64,000 nt of DNA from the human T2T-CHM13v2.0 reference genome, Homo sapiens. Location: NCBI RefSeq assembly GCF_009914755.1, contig NC_060925.1, one strand, 5' to 3'. Position 1 is the first letter of the stretch; every line of letters begins with the position of its first letter. Shown here piece after piece: positions 36,069 through 64,000 of this stretch. Under the pieces are notes generated by a model. It searched no databases. It had not been told where the DNA came from and worked only from the letters and a program-made list of their open reading frames with translations. Position numbers and translations under genes: made by a program.

Positions 36069-36220
36069 CAGACGATCACTGACTTACAATGGCTTGACTT
36101 ACGATTTTTTGACTTTACAGTGCGTTTAATGGGGTATTAAATGCATTTTAAACTTACAATGTTTTCAACTTAAAATAGGTTTATTGGAATGTAACCCCAT
36201 CGTCAGTTGAAGAGCATCTG
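36069..36220. mobile_element. Tigger5/MER47-family MITE
   Basis: TA|cagacgatcactgacttac..gtaaccccatcgtcagttgaagagcatctg|TA; imperfect TIRs with TA TSD. Confidence 0.75.
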
Positions 36221-36416
36221 TACTTAATTCTAAATCTTCCAAAGCTGAAGGATCATTTATCCATCAAGGAATACAGTTACCACTCTAGTTAGCTGAAGTT
36301 CTTTATGACTCAGGAACGTTTGCTAAGCAGGCTAACAAGATTAGTTTTGCTGACCCTGGTGGGACACATTAAATTTTAGATTAATGACTATATATCTTAA
36401 AAGAGTTGATCTTCCC

Positions 36417-39520
<3,104 letters not shown>

Positions 39521-39539
39521 TTATTTAATCTTATTTATT

Positions 39540-40250
39540 TTAGCGATTATCTTATTTAATCCTCTTAACAGACTTCCTTAGAGCCTCTAAACAGTCAATA
39601 ACCTCATTTTACAAAAAGGAAACGAATGCTTAGAGTTAAGTAACTTGACAAAGTCACACAGCTAATGATTGGTAGACCTATAATCCTGTGTTTCTTCTTT
39701 TTAAAATCCTTCAGAAGTGCCTCAGAACCCCCAAAACTGGAGGGGCTTCCAAGATCTAGCTCTTACATACTTTTCTAGTTTCATCTTCTGCCATCCTTCT
39801 GTAGGCCCACAGTCTCTAGCTATAGCAAACTTCTTACCATCCCCTAGGAGGCCATGCTGTTTAATACGCTGTTTTTGCCTTCCCATTTGGTGCTCTCTCT
39901 GGCTAGAACGCCTTTTGCCCTCTTTCTCATGTATAAACTTCTTTTCATCCTTCAAGACCCAACCTAAACGTTGAGCCTTTTGGAAATGTTTCTCAATACT
40001 ACCAGGTACAATCATTTGCTTTCTTTGTTTTACAGTTCCCTTCTACTATGAGTATTTTCTTCATTGTATTGTCACTTTGTCTAGAAGTCTCTTCTCTTCC
40101 TGTCTCTTCTCTGACTCTCTCTCTCTCCTACTAGACAGTGAGCTGCTTGAAAGTGAGCACTGACCTTTGACATTTCATCACCTCTATATTCTCAGGACCA
40201 GGTATAGTCTGGTATAGAGTAGTTGCTCAATAAATATGTCTTGAATAAAA
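39540..40250. mobile_element. MIR(-) followed by L2(+) 3' end
   Basis: gagttaagtaacttgacaaagtcacacagcta; ctagacagtgagctgcttga..gtagttgctcaataaatatg. Confidence 0.7.
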
Positions 40251-40304
40251 TGCGTTTCACCTGCCAATTTGAGTATCTGCCCTTCTCATAAAAATAGAGT
40301 AAAA

Positions 40305-47510
<7,206 letters not shown>

Positions 47511-47603
47511 TAGTTTATTTAAATAAATATTATGTACCTTAGCAGATCTTTCTGCCTCTTATGACAAAAGTACATTATAAATATCTGTTTTCTCTCTCTA
47601 CAG

Positions 47604-47685
47604 GACAATCCTCCAAACACAGACTGTTTGACTTAGAATCTTCCCTTTTTTACTCCATTCAAGAGCAGCATTCATAAATTTCCAG
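47604..47685 (+). other. ZBTB8A: Non-coding exon 2 (82 nt, 5' UTR)
   Basis: Strong acceptor TTTTCTCTCTCTACAG|G and donor CAG|GTATGA around an 82-nt unique island between Alus. No ATG; stops in all three frames. The size matches my recollection of the ZBTB8A UTR exon c.-83..-2. Confidence 0.8.
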
Positions 47686-47721
47686 GTATGACAAATTTTA
47701 ATTCTTCATCTACCTCACTTA

Positions 47722-51905
<4,184 letters not shown>

Positions 51906-52580
51906 TCCATTTTACCAAACTCTTATCATCAGTTATTAAAATCTTTCAAATGCCACCCTCTGTTGATGATTTCTAAATCTTTATCTCCAGCCTAGATTTC
52001 CTGAGCGTATATCCAGACATCCATAATATACTGACTTCATGCTCAGTGAGCAACATTTTGATGACTGACTTTCCACATCACTTCCTCATAAGGAAAGGAG
52101 AATATGTTGGTCAGTGGAAAACAAATATCTGTCCCTTTGATGTTTACATATTTCATCATAATTTGTAAAATGGCCTTGTGTCTTTCTTGTATATATGGTA
52201 TATCTGACATATCACATACACATATATAACATATATAGACCTATATATAAACTCTGTGAGCTTGATTAAAGACAGAGGATGGGGGAAAAGGAGGGAAGTA
52301 GGGAAGTAGGAAGGCATTTGCCTCTAAGAAACAGATCATCTTTTTGTGGAACAAAATTACGTTTCTGATCAGTTTCTGAAAATCAAACCTTAAACAAGAG
52401 GTAACAGTGTAAATGCTACCAATCATTTATCTTAGCATCTAGCCACCTGGCCATTTTCTCTTTTTTTCTTCCTGTCTCACCCCTCCCTCCTTCTTATCTA
52501 CAGTAGTTAGCTACTTAGAGAAAAATTTAGATCTTCTCATCACACAGTACACCAAATACTTTCTAGAAGAGCTAAGTATT

Positions 52581-52582
<2 letters not shown>

Positions 52583-52618
<36 letters not shown>
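52583..52618. repeat. (AC)18 microsatellite
   Basis: Perfect AC run read directly. Confidence 0.97.
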
Positions 52619-52621
<3 letters not shown>

Positions 52622-53165
52622 TGGAAGTAAATTATTCATCAAACATCTGGAGGTGGGAAGATATCCTGAGAGTAGACCACATTGAAAAGAAATCATGTAG
52701 GGAGCTTTCAACATGTGCCATTCATTTACTTATTCGTTTGTTAGTCTCCAAGTCTGAAGGATATAGATATGGAGGCAGAGAAAGGAAAGGTTTGGCCTGG
52801 GATGGTTCCTGGGTCCTGGATTAGGCACTGGAGGAAAATAGTGGTACTAATTCCCAAGAAAGGAGACACAGATGAAGGAGTACATTTCAGCGGTTAAGAA
52901 AAGGCTGCAATAAGAAGTTTGGAATTCAGTAAGTTTGAGGTTATCTTCTGTATCTAACTGGTGATTGATGACAATGATGATAAGAATTATAACAGCGGTT
53001 CATATATTATTGAGCAGCTACAATGTCCCAGGCGCCTGCAGAGTTCTTGACATTTACAATGTTGCGTTGAATCTACAATTCCTTGAAGTAGGTACTGTAC
53101 TCTTATAAACCCCCATTTATAGGTTAGGAAATGGATGTGTAAACCACAGCAGAGCCGGGGTTTAG

Positions 53166-54703
<1,538 letters not shown>

Positions 54704-54745
54704 ACCATACCACTACCTACAACTACTTCCGTTCTTTCTTTTTTC

Positions 54746-54778
<33 letters not shown>

Positions 54779-54893
54779 TTTTTGAGATGTAGTCTCACTC
54801 TCACCCAGGCTGGAGAAGTTCAGTGGTGCAACTTCAGTTCATTGCAGCCTCTGCCTACCAAGTTCAAGCAATTCTCCCACCTCAGCCTCCTGA

Positions 54894-55103
<210 letters not shown>

Positions 55104-55489
55104 TAGATTACAACTGCCTCCTGCCTGGTCTCACTGCCAATGATGTTCTTACTGCTCTCTGATTTGATCAAATACTAAATCGCCTCTCTCCTTTGCATAG
55201 AACCCCTTAATGTCCCCCACCCCCACCCCAATGCTTACAGGGTCTAATCCAAACTCTTTAATGAAGCAAATAAGGTGCTCCACCCATTTCTCACCATCTC
55301 TTTTGCACCCTGTGCTCCAGCCATATTGAACAACTTACTTCCTATTTTGTGATTATACCAGTCTGTGCCTTGGCTCAAACTATATCTTCTGCCTAGAATG
55401 CTTTTCCTCTTCTTTTTTTCTGAGTGAAAACCTACTTGCCTTTCAAGCATCTACCCTAGCATCACATCACCTACGAAGCAACGTACGTT

Positions 55490-56028
55490 GATTCTTCTCC
55501 CACAGTTCTGGAGGCTAAACTCTGAAATCAACGTGTTGACAGCGCCATGCTGCCTCTGAAGGTTGTAGGGCAGAGTCCTTCCTTGCCTCTTCCTAGCTTC
55601 TGGTGGGTGCCAGCAATCCTTGGCATTCCTTCTGTTGTAGCTCCATCATTCCAGCCTCTGCTTCTGTCTTCACGTGGTGCTCTTCCTTCTGTGTTTGTGG
55701 TTTTGTTTTTGTTTTTGTTTTTGTTTTTTTGAGACCAGCCTGTTGCCTAGGTTGGTCTTGAACTCCTGGCCTCAAGCAGTCTGCCCTTCCTTGGCCTCCC
55801 AAAGTGCTAGGATTACAGGTGTGAGCCACCTCACCCAGCCCCTGTATGTGTCTTCTCAGTGTCCTCCTTTCTCCAGATCTCTCCTTATAATGATACCACC
55901 CTAATCCAGGATGACCTCATCTTAACTTGATTATATCTGCAAAGACCCTATTTGCAAATTAAGGTCTCCAGTGTAGGTACCAGGTTTAAGACTTCAGCAT
56001 ATAATTTTGGGGGGCACAACTCAATCCC
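55490..56028 (-). mobile_element. MLT1B/C-like LTR with nested Alu monomer (55700-55840)
   Basis: cacagttctggaggct..tccttccttgcctcttcctagcttctggtg..atgacctcatcttaacttgattatatctgcaaagaccctattt. Confidence 0.85.
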
Positions 56029-56416
56029 ATGTCTCACATGCGGGAGCAGGAGCAAGAGAGAGAGTGGAAGGAGGTGGTACATACTTTTTTATTTTTTATT
56101 TATTTTTATTTGAGACACAGTCTCAGTTTGCCATCCAGGCTAGAGTGCAGTGATGTGATCATGGCTCACTGCAGCCTCGAACTCCTGGGCTCACACGAAT
56201 CTCCTGCCTCAGCCTCCAAACTATAGGAGGCCACCACACCCAGCCAATTTTTTAATTTTTGTTTGTTTTTTTTTTTTTTTGTAGAAACGGGGTCTCACTA
56301 TGTTGCTCAGGCTGGTCTTGAACTCCTGGGCTCAAACAATCCTTCTACCTCAGTCTCCTAAAGTGTTGGGAGTATAGGCATGAGCCACCCTGCCCAGCCC
56401 CTGAGCTATTTTTTAA

Positions 56417-56593
<177 letters not shown>

Positions 56594-56676
56594 TAGTAGA
56601 GATGGGGTTTCTCCATGTTGGTCAGGCTGGTCTCAAACTCCTGACCTCAGGTGATCCGCCTGCCTCGGCCTCCTAA

Positions 56677-56853
<177 letters not shown>

Positions 56854-57773
56854 TAGCTGAGATTATAGGTGCCCACCACCACACCCAGCTAATTTTTTTG
56901 TATTTTAGTAGAGACGGGGTTTCACCATGTTAGCCAGGCTGGTTTCAGACTCCTGACCTCAAGTGATCCACCCACCTCAGCTTCCCAAAGTGCTAGGATT
57001 ACAGGCATGAGCCACCACTCCCAGCCTTGAGCTATTTTTAAGTACTGAAATGTTTTTATGTATAAACTGTTATTTTGGTATTATAAAATGTAAATCATTT
57101 ATATTATAAGACATGTCCACAGAGTTATATACTGCATTTGGGATTTAGGTTTCATTTCAAACAAGGGTACATTTTTAAAGTAGGTATACTGAGTACCTCA
57201 TTCTTTATTTCACATCCTTACAAGGTACTTTATTGTTTTAACTCTTATTTTCTGTTTCTTATAAGATTAGTTATCTTTTTCAGGGATTATTAGTTGTTTG
57301 CATTTCCCCCAGAGGCAAATCATCTACTGCCAGAGGCTCCTGATAGAATCACGTGAGAATGAGGTTGGGGGTGGGAAGACATTAAGAGAAGCAAGACCAG
57401 GCACGATGGCTCACCCTGTAATCCCAGCAGTTTGGGAGGCCAAGGCGGGAGGATCCCGTGGGCCCAGGAGTTTGAGGTTGCAGTGAGCTATGATCACACC
57501 AAGGAAAGGGAGTTAATGAGGAAAAGTTGTAAGACCTGATTCCCCACCCTACAGGATTTCTCTCCTTTTCCCCCCTAGGGCTGACACCTTCTTTTTCTTT
57601 TTCTTTCTTTTTTTTCTTTTTTTTGAAACAAGGTCTCACTTTGTCACCCAGGCTGGAGTGCAATGATGTGATCTCAGCTCAGTGCAGCCTCCGCCTCCTG
57701 GATTCAAGCAATTCTCTTGCCTTAACCTCCCAAGTAGCTGGTATTACAGGCGCCCGCCACCACACCCAGCTAA

Positions 57774-57926
<153 letters not shown>

Positions 57927-59163
57927 TAAGGATAATTTATTTTAGACAGGCTCTTCTTCCCCAGTCACCTTACTCTCAAGCCAGAGGGGTTGAGGAAGCC
58001 CCATCATAGAACCTAGTCATCTCTTAGGTGGAATGGCCTCTGAGACAAAACATTAAAGAGGATGGGGAGTACATCTTGCTTCTTAATAATGTTATTGATA
58101 CCAGAGCTGTATTTTGACATTATGCAAAATTGATACTGAGATGCCAGCAAGGTCATTTTATCTCAGTTTTGCAACAGCTAATTTGAAACCATGGGCACGG
58201 TGAGCAGACTGCATGCTGTCACTGGTCCTGAGGACATTGCAGTATTTGAATGGTGAGAAGTGACAGCACTCAGAAAGGGACACACCAGATTTCTATGGCT
58301 TCTTTACCCTAGGGTCTCAAAGGACATTACTGCTTTATTTCTCATTCCTTAGAAAATAGTGCACCAGAATAACTCATCCCTAAGAACTCAAGATGATTGG
58401 TATTTTACCATTTTTACTCCATCCCAGTGCCAAGCTTCAGTGTTTCTCTAGTGTAATTGATACATCAGAATTTTTACGTTATAAGCTGTGATAAAACCGT
58501 AATACTTTTGGGCCACTTTAAGTCTGGAGCTTTTATGATTTCACATTGAAAAAAAGTCTGGAGCTTTATTAGGTAAGTGGAAATGTAACACAGATGTCTG
58601 GGTAATGGAAGCCAATAGCCTGTTTTTAACAGAATTATTCTTTAAAAGCAGAATGAAATTCCCTCTCTAGAATTTAGGGGTATAAATTCTCTATCCTCAG
58701 CCTTTGACCTATAACCTCTTCAGGAAAAAGGATTCATCTCTCTGTCTCTAATCTTTCACCAAAATACCAAATAATTAAGCACACATGTTCAATAGCAAAA
58801 TATACCTAAAACAATTAATACACAAAGTAGAACCAATAGTTTCTCTCATTTTTAGAGTATCTAAAAAAAAAAACCCAACAACTTATGCTGGCATTTTATA
58901 GTATAACTTGATTTATTTCAGGATCTCATTGTAACAAACAGGAACACATGTAGTATATCATTTAACTGCAGCAAAATTGTTTAAAAGTGTTGAAGTTGGA
59001 ACAGTCCTCAGAGATCATACAGTCCCACCTCCTACCAAATGCAGTCACCCAAAATCAATGACATTCCACCTCTGCTACAATGGTAGCATAGGAAGTGTTA
59101 CTTTGCAAAGTGACTAATTCTGTTGTTCATCAGTTTGGCCCAGTGTTTCTCAAATTTTTCTTA

Positions 59164-59592
<429 letters not shown>

Positions 59593-60126
59593 TTAAAGAT
59601 CAACCTGAGCAACATAGCAAGACCGTGTCTCTACAAAATAATTAAAAAATTAGCTGGGCGTGGTGGCATGCCCTGTAACCCCAGCTACTCAGGAGGCTGA
59701 GGTGAGAGGACCTCTTGAGCCCAGGAGTCTGAGGCTGCAGTAAGCTGTGATCACCTACTGCAGTCCAACCTGGGTGACAGATTGAGACCGTCTTTAAAAA
59801 ATTTTTTTTAATTAAAAATAAATAAATAGCTGTTCTTTATGAGCTCAAATTCATTTCCCTTTAGTCCTATATTTTGGTCCATTTCCTTTTTAGTGAATAT
59901 TTATTCATTCAACAAATACTGACTGAGCATCTGTATGCTGGACATTATGCACTGTGCTAGGGATGCTGAGGTGGAAAAAACAGAGACTCATACCTTTTGG
60001 AGCTTAGATTCTAGTGCTTAGTCTAGAAGCCTAGTCTGCTAGACCAATTAAGAGAATAATTCTGGCCGGGCACCGTGGCTCACGCCTGTAATCTCAGCAC
60101 TTTGGGAGGCTGAGGCAGGCAGATCA

Positions 60127-60435
<309 letters not shown>

Positions 60436-61156
60436 TCACTTGAGCCCAGAGGTTTGAGACCAGCATAGGCAAAATAGTGAGACCCTATATCTACAATAAA
60501 AAGAAAAAGAAAGAAAAAATTAGCTGGGCATGGTGGCGCATACCTCTAGTCCCAGTTACTCAGGAGGCTAAGGTGGGAGGGTCACCTGAGCCTGGGAAGT
60601 CAAGACTGCAATGAGCCGTGATAGTGCCACTGCACTCCAGCTTGGGCGACAGAGCAAGACTCTGTCTCAAAAATAATAATAAAAAATACATAATAATAAA
60701 AACAAAATAATTCTAGTTCTTCCACATAATTGCCTTTCAGTATTGGAAGACAACTATCATGTTTCTTAATCTATACCTCATATGGTGTAGTTTCTATGAC
60801 AATAGCTATTGAGCCATAGTGATTAACTAAAGCTCCCCATACTAAAGATGGGGTTGTCAAGGAAACCTCTGATGAAGTGACATTTAAGCAAAGACTTGTG
60901 TAGAGTTGGGGAACAAGTTATGTGAAGATCCTTCACTCCTGGGTGAGGAATGTTTCAGACACAAGGGATGCCAGGAATGAGCTTGGCACCTTGGGAGGCA
61001 TCAAAAGCAGTAAGATGAGAGCTGCAGGTAGGGGAGATCTTTCAGAGATCTGGCAGCACTTTTAGACCAGGGTAAAGACTTTGGATTTCTTTCTTAGTGA
61101 GATGGGAGCCACTGGAGGTCAAAGTATTTAACTTCATTTATTTTTGTGAAAGGGAT

Positions 61157-61537
61157 TGTATTAGTCCATTCTCGCATTGCTATAAAGAACTCCCTAAGAC
61201 TGTGTAATTTATACAGAAAAGAGGTTTAATTGGCTCACAGTTCCACAGGCTGTAAAGGAAGCATGACTGGGCAGGCCTCAGGAAACTTACAGTGATGGCA
61301 AAAGGCACAGGGGAAGCAGGCCCATCCTACATGTCTGGAGCAGGAGGAAGAGAGTGAAGGAGGAGGTGCTACACACTTTTAAACAACCAGATCTCGTAAG
61401 AACTCACAATCACAAGAACAGCAAGAGGGAAATCCGCCCGCATGATCCAGTCACATTCCACCAGGTCCTCTCTCTAACACTGGGGATTACAATTCAACAT
61501 GAGATTTGGGCGGGGGACACAAATCCAAACCATATCA
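61157..61537 (-). mobile_element. MSTA/MSTB solo LTR
   Basis: tgtattagtccattctcgcattgctataaagaac..ggcctcaggaaacttac..ggggacacaaatccaaaccatatca. Confidence 0.9.
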
Positions 61538-61656
61538 GGGATCTTCTCTTGTATCTGCCACCTAGCTATTTTTGTGTATTAATTTTATCATAAACTGGCT
61601 CTTTTACCAAATTCTTTTGTTTCTAGGTTTAATTGGCTTTATTAAGATGTAATTTA

Positions 61657-64000
<2,344 letters not shown>

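Noticed and set aside
57270-57370. Possible cryptic exon after TTATCTTTTTCAG
   Set aside because: Only a weak donor (GAG|GTTGGG) follows.

Overview
Human/primate genomic DNA, extremely repeat-dense: about 115 Alu-family elements or fragments by hand count, plus L1M, L2, MIR, MaLR/ERVL LTRs and hAT/Tigger DNA transposons. No credible protein-coding exon is present; the ORF track is Alu-, L1- or GC-rich artefact. The one clear gene signal is a CpG-island promoter at about 33.2-34.45 kb with a + strand non-coding first exon (about 33348-33493, donor GCG|GTAAGT) and an 82-nt non-coding second exon (47604-47685). I recognise this architecture from memory as the 5' end of ZBTB8A (1p35), which would make 1-33.3 kb the ZBTB8B-ZBTB8A interval and put the coding exons beyond the window; a BLAT search is needed to confirm. 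I found no convincing new biological system. The best leads are: a splice acceptor inside exon 1 (possible hybrid exon for read-through from upstream); stops in all three frames of exon 2, which is clamped between inverted Alus; a perfect antisense donor 1 kb upstream of the promoter; an LTR41-borne CTCF motif; G4 motifs around the promoter; and several odd retrotransposition scars. Repeat subfamily names come from recalled consensus sequences, and most repeat boundaries are approximate.
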